A stretch of DNA of 64,000 nt, taken from assembly GCA_964531475.1 (NCBI GenBank), contig CAZHCS010000001.1, positions 112,739-176,738 on the forward strand, given 5' to 3'. Origin of the DNA: an uncultured Candidatus Saccharibacteria bacterium (lineage in GTDB: Bacteria > Patescibacteriota > Minisyncoccia > Phycocordibacterales > CSBR16-119). Positions 17,963 to 26,758 of the stretch are shown piece after piece. Position numbers and translations under genes: made by a program. Numbering within the stretch: the first letter of the stretch is position 1; every line of letters starts with the position of its first letter. The notes under the pieces are model-generated. The model made no database searches, had not been told where the DNA came from, and saw only the letters and a program-made list of their open reading frames with translations.

Positions 17963-18039
17963 AGGCGTGCTTGTCCGTCCGTAGCTTTAGCGAAGGAGGA
18001 AATCTCGAGGCCGATGGTAACCTTGTACTTCGGATTCAT
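17959..18039 (-). other. 26-codon fossil copy of the gatB 5' end (uORF overlapping the gatB start)
   Basis: ATG at 18039. It translates MNPKYKVTIGLEISSFAKATDGQARL, versus the GatB N-terminus MKDYKVTIGLEIHAELKTT. Its TGA overlaps the gatB ATG (ATGA). Differences are mostly synonymous with higher-GC codons. Confidence 0.4.
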
Positions 18040-18127
18040 AAAGGGCATTTTAGCAGAAATTTACATTTTTCTTAAGTGTTTGACAAACAACTTAGACTAA
18101 AGTATTTTTATCTACAAACAGGACGTC

Positions 18128-18319
18128 ATGAAAATCTTCCGATATCGCCCAGCTAACAATGAAGAACGGGAACAGCATTTCCGGTTCGCCATGATTTGCA
18201 TCTTTGCCGTGGTCGGCTTTCTCATGGCAATAGTATTGCTGTCCCCTAACACAAGTCCTTTCGAGAAATTCCGAAAACACAATGACAAAGAGTTAGTCCC
18301 GCAAACCCAGCGGGACTAA
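18128..18319 (+). CDS. Small hypothetical membrane protein (63 aa)
   Basis: AGGA lies 4 nt upstream of the ATG, and there is one hydrophobic segment. The ORF is convergent with obg and abuts it. Coding status is uncertain. Confidence 0.3.
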   Translation: MKIFRYRPANNEEREQHFRFAMICIFAVVGFLMAIVLLSPNTSPFEKFRKHNDKELVPQTQRD

Positions 18320-18320
18320 T

Positions 18321-19319
18321 TTATTGCCTCAAAATCTTCACTAACTCATCCCCCACTTTCTTCACCGACTCATCATCAAACGCCGACATCGTTAAAACTT
18401 CCTTACCGAGCTTTTCAAATTCCTTTTTCATTTTCTTGATCGTATCAGCATCCGCAACATCTGTTTTCGTGAGAATGATTATTTCTGGCTTGGCCGCGAG
18501 CTCTTCATCATAATTTTCCAGTTCCTGGCGAATATTTTTATACGTCTGCATCATGCCAGAGGTTCCGAGGTCGTCCGAGGAGCTGAGATTTTCAAAAGAC
18601 ACGAGATGCGCGATCATTTTGGTGCGCTTGATGTGCTTGAGGAACTTGAGACCGAGCCCCTTGCCTTCGGACGCGCCTTCGATGATGCCCGGGATGTCGG
18701 CAATGACGAATTCTTGGAGAACGCCCAAATGCGGATCAAGCGTCGTGAAGGCGTAGCTCCCGATTTTCGACTTGGAATTCGTGACGGCGTTGATGAGCGT
18801 ACTCTTGCCCGCATTCGGATAGCCGACGAGCCCGAGGTCGGCAAACAAGCGGAGTTCGATATGAAAATGCCCAGCCTCGCCCGGCTTGCCGGGAGTCGAC
18901 TCGTACGGAGTCGTGTTAGTCGACGATTTGAAATGTTCGTTCCCGAGACCGCCCTTGCCGCCCTTGAGCACAAGGATCTTCTGTCCGGCTTCAGTGAGCT
19001 CGTATTCTTTTCCTGTCTCGTTCTGGGTGACGACGGACCCAACCGGAAGCTTGATGAACAGGTCTTTGCCCTGCGCGCCGGCCATCTTTTTCTTGAAGCC
19101 CGCTTCGCCGTTCTCGGCCAAGAATTTCGTATCGTGGGTGTAGCTCGCGAGGAGTCCCGAATCTTTGACGCCTTCGATATAGACATCGCCGCCGTTCCCG
19201 CCATCGCCGCCGGCAGGCCCGCCGCGGTCTTCGAATTTGTCCTGGCGCCAGCGAACAACCCCGTCTCCGCCGGAGCCTGCACGCGCGTAGATTGTCAGTT
19301 CATCGATGAATGCCCTAAT
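18321..19319 (-). CDS. obg: GTPase Obg
   Basis: Obg-fold N-terminus (FIDELTIYARAGSGGDG..GGDGGNGG) plus a G-domain (GYPNAGKST, DIPG). The in-frame region upstream of the first ATG has no ATG/GTG/TTG. The start is proposed as ATT or ATA overlapping the upstream stop (TAATT). Confidence 0.75.
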   Translation of the reverse strand: MRAFIDELTIYARAGSGGDGVVRWRQDKFEDRGGPAGGDGGNGGDVYIEGVKDSGLLASYTHDTKFLAENGEAGFKKKMAGAQGKDLFIKLPVGSVVTQNETGKEYELTEAGQKILVLKGGKGGLGNEHFKSSTNTTPYESTPGKPGEAGHFHIELRLFADLGLVGYPNAGKSTLINAVTNSKSKIGSYAFTTLDPHLGVLQEFVIADIPGIIEGASEGKGLGLKFLKHIKRTKMIAHLVSFENLSSSDDLGTSGMMQTYKNIRQELENYDEELAAKPEIIILTKTDVADADTIKKMKKEFEKLGKEVLTMSAFDDESVKKVGDELVKILRQ

Positions 19320-19867
19320 TATGCTGCGTCATTATAGGTAGAATTAAAATCTTCTTTGCTCGGCAGTCTTTCCGTTGGCCAATATTCATTCACTCGGCCA
19401 AGTTTCATTCTTGCAAGCTCCTCAGCTGAGGGCGATTTTATATACTCATATTTAAATAAATCTTTATAATCAGCCATCTTTGGTAAATAGCTGAACATAA
19501 GCATCAAAGGCTCCTCTCTTGGTATTTCACGTCTGTCAGTTATATCCGAATCTATAAGTCTGACTGCGCGGTCACCAAATTTATCTCTGATTTGCAATTG
19601 ATATGCTTTAGGGAGCTTGGAAACTCTTCCATCAAACCAGTTATTGAATTTTGCCTCCAACTCCTTGGCCTTTTCTATGTTTTCTAATGAAAAACCAAGT
19701 TCTTCATCCATGACAACGTATTTTCTTATCTCATCAGCTATATCAAGATATGCTTTTTGAAGCTCAAAATCCGGAACGTCTTCCATGAAGTTATAGTTGC
19801 CTGGCTCCCAAGAATCCACGTGCATGGGCTTTCCTGTATCTCTTTTTTCCATCATTCCTTCAAACAT
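19319..19867 (-). CDS. Hypothetical protein
   Basis: 182-aa ORF immediately upstream of obg, in the same operon context. Confidence 0.5.
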   Translation of the reverse strand: MFEGMMEKRDTGKPMHVDSWEPGNYNFMEDVPDFELQKAYLDIADEIRKYVVMDEELGFSLENIEKAKELEAKFNNWFDGRVSKLPKAYQLQIRDKFGDRAVRLIDSDITDRREIPREEPLMLMFSYLPKMADYKDLFKYEYIKSPSAEELARMKLGRVNEYWPTERLPSKEDFNSTYNDAA

Positions 19868-19876
19868 AACCTATTT

Positions 19877-20800
19877 CTAGCTGTTTAATGCCTTTTGCGC
19901 AAGGGCGAGTGCGCCATCCTTGGATTTGGCGACGCAATAGAACCGGCCATCGTGCGCAAAATATGCATCAGCGACTCCGGAAGCTTTTTGGAAATCCGCT
20001 TCTCGAAGACCCGCCCACTCGGCCGGGAACGGCTTACGGGACTCGAACGTATCAGCAGCTTTCCTGACCGTCTCGATCTTCCATCCGTCGCCTTTGGATT
20101 TCGGATAAACGAAATATAGCGGTTCAGCATGATCCACCAAGACGCGATTCACATCCTGGCGCGAATAGGGTTTGCCGAGGATAATGAGACGCTTGTCTTG
20201 CGCGTTCTGATATTCGGCATAAATATCGCGTTCGGCTTCGACCGACGCTTTGGCATGGACGATCTCACGCGCGATGACGGATTTCGCCCAAGCAACCGCC
20301 GCATTGAACTGCGCGAACTCGCGGCTCTCGTCCTCGTTCCAAGCGAGGTTAAACGCGCCGATGATCCCCGATGCCGAATAAGGAAAGACGCGTTCGATGA
20401 CTTGCTTCGAGATATCCTGTCCGTTGTCGACGGCGTCAAGAGATTGAAAGATTTTCTTGTCGAGGACTTCGGCGATAACAGCATCGCCACCGCACAATTC
20501 CGGGCCGTATGCTTTCCAGACAAGTCCGCAAGCCGCATACATAATACCGTTCTCGCGCATACCAGCACGGCCTTTTTGATGATGGTCGAATCGGCCGCGT
20601 GCCGGGTCGTAAACCCCGCCAACATCGAACACGAAGTCCGCACGCTCTATAGTCTCTTGATCGCGCGTGCGGACTATTTCGTACCGCTCGCCTTTTGCAT
20701 CGAAATGCATTTCTAAGATCGCGCAAGCGAACACATCGTCGGCATGAAAGCCTGAGTCGTGGGTGACAAGAATTTTCTTTTTTGCCAGGAAGCTAAACAT
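19877..20800 (-). CDS. MYG1/UPF0160-family metal-dependent hydrolase
   Basis: The N-terminal THDSGFHADDVFA motif is characteristic of the MYG1 family. Confidence 0.7.
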   Translation of the reverse strand: MFSFLAKKKILVTHDSGFHADDVFACAILEMHFDAKGERYEIVRTRDQETIERADFVFDVGGVYDPARGRFDHHQKGRAGMRENGIMYAACGLVWKAYGPELCGGDAVIAEVLDKKIFQSLDAVDNGQDISKQVIERVFPYSASGIIGAFNLAWNEDESREFAQFNAAVAWAKSVIAREIVHAKASVEAERDIYAEYQNAQDKRLIILGKPYSRQDVNRVLVDHAEPLYFVYPKSKGDGWKIETVRKAADTFESRKPFPAEWAGLREADFQKASGVADAYFAHDGRFYCVAKSKDGALALAQKALNS

Positions 20801-21147
20801 TAGTCTTCTTTGTTCTTGCCGAACATGCTGCCGATCCAGTTGAACACCGACACAACAAGAGAGCCGAAAAGCGCCGCGGTGAATGTATCAACGTCCATAC
20901 CCGGCACGATTCCCGAGACGAACCAGAAGAAGAGCGCGTTCAAAACAACAAGGAAGATACCGAGAGTAATGATGGTAATAGGTAGTGTCAGGATGCGGAT
21001 GATTGGCTTGACGATGAACTGAACGACAGTGAGAAGCGCGCCGGCGATAACAATCGTTAACCAGCCATCAGTGTGGACACCGGCAACGAGATAATCGGCC
21101 AAGAAGACCGCGACCGAAAGTAATATGAGTCGTATGAGTAATTTCAT
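20800..21147 (-). CDS. DUF360/holin-4-like small membrane protein
   Basis: 115 aa with 3-4 TM segments. Its start codon lies directly against the inverted-repeat element at 21148. Confidence 0.55.
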   Translation of the reverse strand: MKLLIRLILLSVAVFLADYLVAGVHTDGWLTIVIAGALLTVVQFIVKPIIRILTLPITIITLGIFLVVLNALFFWFVSGIVPGMDVDTFTAALFGSLVVSVFNWIGSMFGKNKED

Positions 21148-21256
21148 CCCGTTAGAAGCAGGTCGCGGTCTTTCCGCTCCATGCTTGGTTATTATTTTTA
21201 ATCATAAACATAATTTTAGCATAGTTTAAAGATTCGTGACCGCGGCTTCTAACGGG
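21148..21256. repeat. CCCGTTAG-TIR palindromic element, copy 1
   Basis: Arms cccgttagaagcaggtcgcggtc / gaccgcggcttctaacggg with an AT-rich core. Flanks are TTCAT on the left and ATTCATG on the right. Confidence 0.65.
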
Positions 21257-21271
21257 ATTCATGTCAATAAT

Positions 21272-21727
21272 CTATGCGAATAATTGATCGACTGCGTTCT
21301 TGACGTCAGCGCCGTCAGCCTTGCCCTTCAAGTCTTTCATAAGCGCACCGACGAGCATTCCCTTTTTCGAAGCGTCGGTGATGCCAAGCTCGGCTTTCTT
21401 CGCTTCGGCGAGTTTCTGTACTTCTTCAAACGGCATCATTTCCGGCAAGAATTCCGTGAGAATGACGAGTTCTTTCTCTTCTGATTCTGCAAGCTCAGGC
21501 CGGCCGCCGTCGATGAACTGCTTGATCGATTCTTTGCGCTGCTTTGAAAGACGCGTGATGACTGCCAGCGCTTCCTCGTCAGTAAGCATATCCTGGGGCG
21601 TACGCTTCGTCGCGACGAGCTCGTTCGTGAACGCCGTCGAGATGCCGCGCATGACCAGAACCCGGCTTTCGTCCTTGGCTTTCATAGCCGCCATAATTCC
21701 CCCTTTGATTTGTTCGTGAAGTGTCAT
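21272..21727 (-). CDS. yqeY: GatB/YqeY-domain protein
   Basis: 151 aa with the typical YqeY pattern. Confidence 0.8.
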   Translation of the reverse strand: MTLHEQIKGGIMAAMKAKDESRVLVMRGISTAFTNELVATKRTPQDMLTDEEALAVITRLSKQRKESIKQFIDGGRPELAESEEKELVILTEFLPEMMPFEEVQKLAEAKKAELGITDASKKGMLVGALMKDLKGKADGADVKNAVDQLFA

Positions 21728-21770
21728 GATGTTATTTTAGCAATATTCATAGTAAATTAAAAACGATCAC

Positions 21771-23615
21771 TTATTTACGGTAACGGAATATAAATTTCTT
21801 ATCAAAATCCCTAAAAACCTTTTTTGATCCGCCACATGTTTCTACATCGAGGAATCTCTTACCATCTATACACCTTGAATAATAAATTACTTCATAGGGA
21901 TGAACACTAATTGGCTCCATTGCAACCAAAACATTATCTGGTCCATCGTAGTTAATTGCCAAATACGGTCCCATTTCAGCTGGACACATTTCAAGACCTA
22001 ATTCTTTGCAGCTCTCAATAAATTTATCAAAATAAAGATCTTCTTTAATCCCTAATTCTTCAGGAGTGAACCCTACAAGATTATATGTTTCTCTATTTTG
22101 ACTGAATTCTGTTCTGTTTAACGCTACCCTGAATGTATTTACATTATTGTGAATACCTCTTTCTTTTAATTTATATTCGGCTTCCCCAGAGTTTCTAATT
22201 TCTAGATTCGTTTCGAAATCCAATAAGAAGATATTGTCTTTTGGAAATCGCTTATACATGTGCTCAATACGAGGATGGTCTTTGATTTTTTTGAAAATGT
22301 CAAAATTCCAGTCTCCAATATAGACCTTCGTATTCTCCTTTATCTCGTCAAGATTATGAGCAATTTGATCTTCTGTACAACCAAAGACGGTCGGTGCGTC
22401 TTCTTCTGGATTTCTTTTACTCAGTAACTCAGAAACTCTCGGATCCTTGTGGTATCCAAATCCCTCAATCGGTGAGTTTAGTTCGTATATAAAGATTAGG
22501 TCTTCTTTTGAAAAAACCTCTCCCTTTTCTTGTTTCTCACAAAGAAGGGTTAGGTATTGCATATCAGCTGATTTCTTTTGATAAACATCAGCCTCACTAC
22601 CGAATTCAGAAAGTTTGTTACTAAGAATCTCTTGCATGGATGATTCAACAGCTTGATTAGGGAGGACGCCCCTTACTTCGGCAATTTTATCTTTTCCTTG
22701 CATACGAATAGCAAGACGAGGCTGTGTTGGTTCACCATTTGAATCATAACTATAGTACACATAGAAATCTCCAGTTTCTATTTGCTGTTTTGCGGTTGAT
22801 TGTCCCGCCGTACACCAGCCTGTTCCTTTACCTTCAAGTGAGGTAAAAAGTTTTTCAGCTTCTCCGTCTTTGCCTTGTTCGTATTTTATCCATTCACCAC
22901 GAAGTTCTTCTTTGTTCTCCATTTGAGCGGCAAGAGACTCTTGGGTCAACTCGGCATACAAATCTGGAAACTTTTTAGAAAAAGCATCTTGTATTTCGGG
23001 TTCTTTGAGATTCTTATTATCAGCTTTTACTTTTTCGTAAATATCAGCTATCTGCGCTAGTGGTTCGCGATAAATATCTGGAAATGGCGCAACAGTAGTT
23101 TTGGTACGCTTTTTATATTCACCACGTTCTTTGTCGAACTGTGAAAGTTTGGTTATATTTTTCCAGACATAATATTTAAACCATGCGGGATAGACAGCAT
23201 CATCCGACGTCAAATAGTCCATCCAAGCGTCGAGAGAAGCTTTCTGGTCTTGAATAGCTACTTCTTTCATTTGATTGCGAGTTTCTTCTGGAATTACTTC
23301 AACAGCCTGCCCTCGCTCTCGAGCAATTTTTTGTTGGAGTTCAAAATAGCTTTCGGGGAAATTTTCTTCTTTTATAATCAAAGAGTCGTATATCTTTGAT
23401 CGGAAAAGTTCTAGATTTCTTTTTCTAGTTTCTTGGTCTTCATTAAGAAATATATTTTCTAGACGTTCGGCGTAAGCTTCAATGCGATTGGAAGGGTCAT
23501 TTGGAATACTTTCACCGGATTCTTTTTCTTTTCTAGAAACAGCCCTTTTAACTTCTGGAGAAGTCTGAAGTTCTGGATTTTTCATATGTAGCGGATGTTT
23601 TTCCATACCCAGCAT
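21771..23615 (-). CDS. Large hypothetical protein (614 aa) in a low-GC segment
   Basis: The ORF is clearly AT-richer than its neighbours. No motif recognised. A leaderless-type -10 (TAAAAT) lies 7 nt upstream. Confidence 0.55.
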   Translation of the reverse strand: MLGMEKHPLHMKNPELQTSPEVKRAVSRKEKESGESIPNDPSNRIEAYAERLENIFLNEDQETRKRNLELFRSKIYDSLIIKEENFPESYFELQQKIARERGQAVEVIPEETRNQMKEVAIQDQKASLDAWMDYLTSDDAVYPAWFKYYVWKNITKLSQFDKERGEYKKRTKTTVAPFPDIYREPLAQIADIYEKVKADNKNLKEPEIQDAFSKKFPDLYAELTQESLAAQMENKEELRGEWIKYEQGKDGEAEKLFTSLEGKGTGWCTAGQSTAKQQIETGDFYVYYSYDSNGEPTQPRLAIRMQGKDKIAEVRGVLPNQAVESSMQEILSNKLSEFGSEADVYQKKSADMQYLTLLCEKQEKGEVFSKEDLIFIYELNSPIEGFGYHKDPRVSELLSKRNPEEDAPTVFGCTEDQIAHNLDEIKENTKVYIGDWNFDIFKKIKDHPRIEHMYKRFPKDNIFLLDFETNLEIRNSGEAEYKLKERGIHNNVNTFRVALNRTEFSQNRETYNLVGFTPEELGIKEDLYFDKFIESCKELGLEMCPAEMGPYLAINYDGPDNVLVAMEPISVHPYEVIYYSRCIDGKRFLDVETCGGSKKVFRDFDKKFIFRYRK

Positions 23616-23641
23616 TTTACCTTATCTGTTATAATTTCGAA

Positions 23642-24364
23642 ATGACCTCAAAACAACTCTTATTTCTCGACACCGAAACAACCGGGAACCTCCCAGAAGA
23701 TCGCTTGTGCCAGCTCTGTTACAAACTTGATAACACAATCGTCTCCGAGCTCTACAAGCCGCCGGTCCCTATCACCATCGAATCCATGGCCGTACATCAC
23801 ATCACGGAAAAAATGGTCGCGGATAGGCCGGCATTCAAGGCAAGTCCCGAATGGAAAGCGCTCGAGGGAATGTTCGCAAAAGACGACACTGTGCTCATCG
23901 CCCACAATGCGAAATTCGACGTCGCCATGCTCGAGAAAGAAGGCCTCATGCCGAAGCGCATCATCGACACGTACCGAGTGGCGCGGCATCTTGATCCTGA
24001 AGGCAAGATCTCCTCGTATCGTTTGCAATATTTGCGCTATCTCCTCGGGATCGAGATCGAAGCGACGGCGCACGATGCCAAGGGCGACGTGCTCGTGCTC
24101 GAACAGCTTTTTGAACGATTGATCAAAAAGATCATGGAGACCGAAAATATTTCGCGCGATACAGCCATCGACCAAATGGTAGATATCTCTTCAAAGCCGT
24201 GCTTGTTCAAATTCTTCACCTTCGGCAAATACAAGAACTCAAGTGTTGAAGAAGTGGCCCAAAAAGACGCCGCATATCTGCGCTGGTTGCTCGAACAAAA
24301 GAAGCAAAATCCCGAAGAAGAGGAAGATTGGATCTATACTCTTGAACAAGCGTTAAAGATGTAG
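23642..24364 (+). CDS. DnaQ-like 3'-5' exonuclease (DEDDh)
   Basis: Exo I FLDTETTG, Exo II AHNAKFD and Exo III HDAKGD motifs. TATAAT lies 7 nt upstream of the ATG. Confidence 0.8.
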   Translation: MTSKQLLFLDTETTGNLPEDRLCQLCYKLDNTIVSELYKPPVPITIESMAVHHITEKMVADRPAFKASPEWKALEGMFAKDDTVLIAHNAKFDVAMLEKEGLMPKRIIDTYRVARHLDPEGKISSYRLQYLRYLLGIEIEATAHDAKGDVLVLEQLFERLIKKIMETENISRDTAIDQMVDISSKPCLFKFFTFGKYKNSSVEEVAQKDAAYLRWLLEQKKQNPEEEEDWIYTLEQALKM

Positions 24365-24370
24365 TATAGT

Positions 24371-24574
24371 GTGGCAAAACAATGCCGCATGAGACTATTC
24401 GTACTCACGTTCTTGTTCATGGCGTTCGTGCTTCGCGACTGGCTAATAGAGCCTGCTGCATGGTGGCAACTCTTTGCCGGAGCCTACGTTGCTTTTGTGG
24501 TGGCGCTTATCGTCTGGATACTCGATGGTGTCTACCACGCCAGACGTGACCCCAAAAGCAAATACGCTACCTGA
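24371..24574 (+). CDS. Small membrane protein
   Basis: Two hydrophobic helices, followed by a strong terminator. The start may be the internal ATG at 24389. Confidence 0.45.
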   Translation: MAKQCRMRLFVLTFLFMAFVLRDWLIEPAAWWQLFAGAYVAFVVALIVWILDGVYHARRDPKSKYAT

Positions 24575-24578
24575 CCTT

Positions 24579-24606
24579 TAGGCCCCCGAAATGGGGGCCT
24601 TTGGTA
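24579..24606 (+). terminator. Rho-independent terminator
   Basis: aggcccccgaaatgggggcct hairpin followed by ttggt. Confidence 0.6.
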
Positions 24607-24629
24607 TGTGCTAAAATATTGTCATGAAT

Positions 24630-24745
24630 CCCGTTAGAGATGTTTCGGTTTAGTATTTAATGGGAATCATGATTTTTTATGGTCGTTAATCACTTAGAAA
24701 AAAATAGCCTAGGTACGCAAACCAAAGTTTGCTATCTCTAACGGG
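24630..24745. repeat. CCCGTTAG-TIR palindromic element, copy 2 (degenerate)
   Basis: 12-bp arms cccgttagagat / atctctaacggg. The right end abuts the rmuC ATG. Confidence 0.5.
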
Positions 24746-25774
24746 ATGAACGCAATCATCTACGGCATCATCGGTCTCGTTGTCGGACTTATTCTCGTCC
24801 GGCTTTTCCAGTCGCGTAAAAAGTCTGACGACGGCGCGCCGCTTTTCAAAATGCTTGCCGACGAGATGAAAGACCTGCGCCGCACAATGGACGAAAAACT
24901 CCACCAGTCCAACGAATCTATCCGCTACCAGTCGAGCGAATCACAGCGCCTCATCAAAGAGATCACGCGCGAAATAACCGAAGTCAAAGAGACGGGCCGA
25001 CAAGTCATGGGCTTCACCGACCAACTCCAGCAGCTTCAGAATATGCTAAAGAATCCAAAAAGCCGCGGCGTACTCGGCGAGTATTACCTCGAGACACTTT
25101 TAAAAAATACGCTACCGCCTGGCTCGTACCAGATGCAGTATCCTTTTCAAAATGGCGAGATCGTCGACGCGGCAGTCTTTGTCAAAGACAAAATTATTCC
25201 CGTTGATTCAAAATTCTCTCTCGAAAATTATAATCGTATTACCGATGCTGCTGATCCGTCGGAGCGCGATCGCTTGGAAAAACTATTCTTGAACGATTTG
25301 AAAAATCGCATAGTCGAAACAGCCAAATACATCCGTCCGGAACTAAATACGATGGATTTCGCGTTCATGTTCATTCCCCACGAAGCGATTTATTATGATT
25401 TGCTCGTAAACAAGATCGGCGCGATCGGCGAAGATACTGAAAACCTCATCCAACGCGCAGCATCCAAGTACCGAGTCATCATCGTCTCACCGACCAGCTT
25501 CCTCGCGTACCTGCAGACTGTGCTCCAGGGACTCAAAGCTTTGCAGATCGAAGAATCCGCCAAAGAAATCCAGAAGCGTGTCGGCGAGCTAGGCAAGCAT
25601 TTGAAGTCTTACGAGGACTACCACAACAAACTCGGTCGCAATCTTTCGACAGTCGTGAACCAGTACGAACTTTCTGGCAAAGAACTCAAGAAGATCGACA
25701 AAGACGTCTATCGCATCTCTGGCGAAACTGTCGGCTTGGAGCCGCTCGAAATCGAAAAGCCTCGCGAAGACTAG
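24746..25774 (+). CDS. rmuC: DNA recombination protein RmuC
   Basis: N-terminal TM segment and coiled coil, plus the RmuC core (...DFAFMFIPHEAIY...). Confidence 0.8.
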   Translation: MNAIIYGIIGLVVGLILVRLFQSRKKSDDGAPLFKMLADEMKDLRRTMDEKLHQSNESIRYQSSESQRLIKEITREITEVKETGRQVMGFTDQLQQLQNMLKNPKSRGVLGEYYLETLLKNTLPPGSYQMQYPFQNGEIVDAAVFVKDKIIPVDSKFSLENYNRITDAADPSERDRLEKLFLNDLKNRIVETAKYIRPELNTMDFAFMFIPHEAIYYDLLVNKIGAIGEDTENLIQRAASKYRVIIVSPTSFLAYLQTVLQGLKALQIEESAKEIQKRVGELGKHLKSYEDYHNKLGRNLSTVVNQYELSGKELKKIDKDVYRISGETVGLEPLEIEKPRED

Positions 25775-25799
25775 CTGGTCGAGGTCCGACCTCGACCAG
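25775..25799. repeat. REP palindrome, family 1
   Basis: An identical 25-mer starting directly after the rmuC stop codon. Confidence 0.7.
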
Positions 25800-25887
25800 T
25801 GTGAACCGTTGACAAGGCCTATTTTTCAGCGTATACATGGGTTAGACCCACCTGCACAAAAACCTGACAACTAAAAATCCGACTGGC

Positions 25888-26703
25888 ATGAAGAAGCTCT
25901 TGCTTTTCGTTTTTGGCGCCGCGTTCATCTTGTGTGAATCGTGCACCCGCCATCATCACGTCGTTATGGCTTACGACCTGGACGATACCGTCAAAACATT
26001 GATCACTCCTGGAATGGTATCGTTCGAGGTCAATCGTCCCTGGTCGCATCAGCGTACCTGGGGCCTCATGGAGACCCGCGACGACAGCTTGCTCGGCATG
26101 GGCTATGTAACCCAAGTCAAACGAGGCAAGATTAATTCCATTTACCGGATTGGTAACATGGACACCACTTTCGCTATGCCGAATACGCACTTCTCGATGC
26201 AGGATAGCATTTTGCGGAACGGCAAGAATAAGAAGCTGGAAGTCATCAGGGTAGAACCGGAGCCATGCTTGTGCGAACCCGGTATGGGTATCTCGTTTGG
26301 AGGCGACTCAGTGACGCGCAACTTCGTACCGCCGCAGAAGAAAGTAGTCGAGATCCCGGTCGAAGCACTGCTTGATACGACGGAAGCCGGGCTTCCCGTT
26401 ATTCTCGCGGCACACATCGACACGGTCGATACACCCCTTCCGAACGGAGAGTACAGCTACCGCGTAGCTGTCAGGTACTCCGACAAGACGTCGTGTGATG
26501 TGTTCCGGCTCATCCGAAGCGAATGGCGAAAAGACGTTTTACAAACGATCTATATGCCGTCCGCAGAGCACCGAGAATACTTCCGCCAAGCCTTCGCTGC
26601 AGACAGTACCGACAAGCGAGTCGTGGGATTGGTAGTCATGAAGGACTACGTAGAGCCAAAAGGCGTCAAGAAACAGCCTCACGACAGACGTGATCGCTGG
26701 TGA
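25888..26703 (+). CDS. Secreted hypothetical protein
   Basis: Signal peptide (MKKLLLFVFGAAFILC). A TTGACA-17-TATACA promoter lies upstream. Confidence 0.55.
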   Translation: MKKLLLFVFGAAFILCESCTRHHHVVMAYDLDDTVKTLITPGMVSFEVNRPWSHQRTWGLMETRDDSLLGMGYVTQVKRGKINSIYRIGNMDTTFAMPNTHFSMQDSILRNGKNKKLEVIRVEPEPCLCEPGMGISFGGDSVTRNFVPPQKKVVEIPVEALLDTTEAGLPVILAAHIDTVDTPLPNGEYSYRVAVRYSDKTSCDVFRLIRSEWRKDVLQTIYMPSAEHREYFRQAFAADSTDKRVVGLVVMKDYVEPKGVKKQPHDRRDRW

Positions 26704-26704
26704 C

Positions 26705-26745
26705 GAAAAAGGGCGGGCCGTACGGCCCGCCCTTTCCCCTTTTCA
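26705..26745. terminator. Bidirectional terminator
   Basis: gggcgggccg-tac-ggcccgccc hairpin with an A-run and a T-run. Confidence 0.65.
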
Positions 26746-26758
26746 TTTCAATAATAAT

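Noticed and set aside
18614-19282. 222-aa ORF antisense/alternate-frame within obg (Ala/Ser/Arg-rich)
   Set aside because: It overlaps the well-supported Obg reading frame. Its composition is typical of an out-of-frame GC-rich translation.
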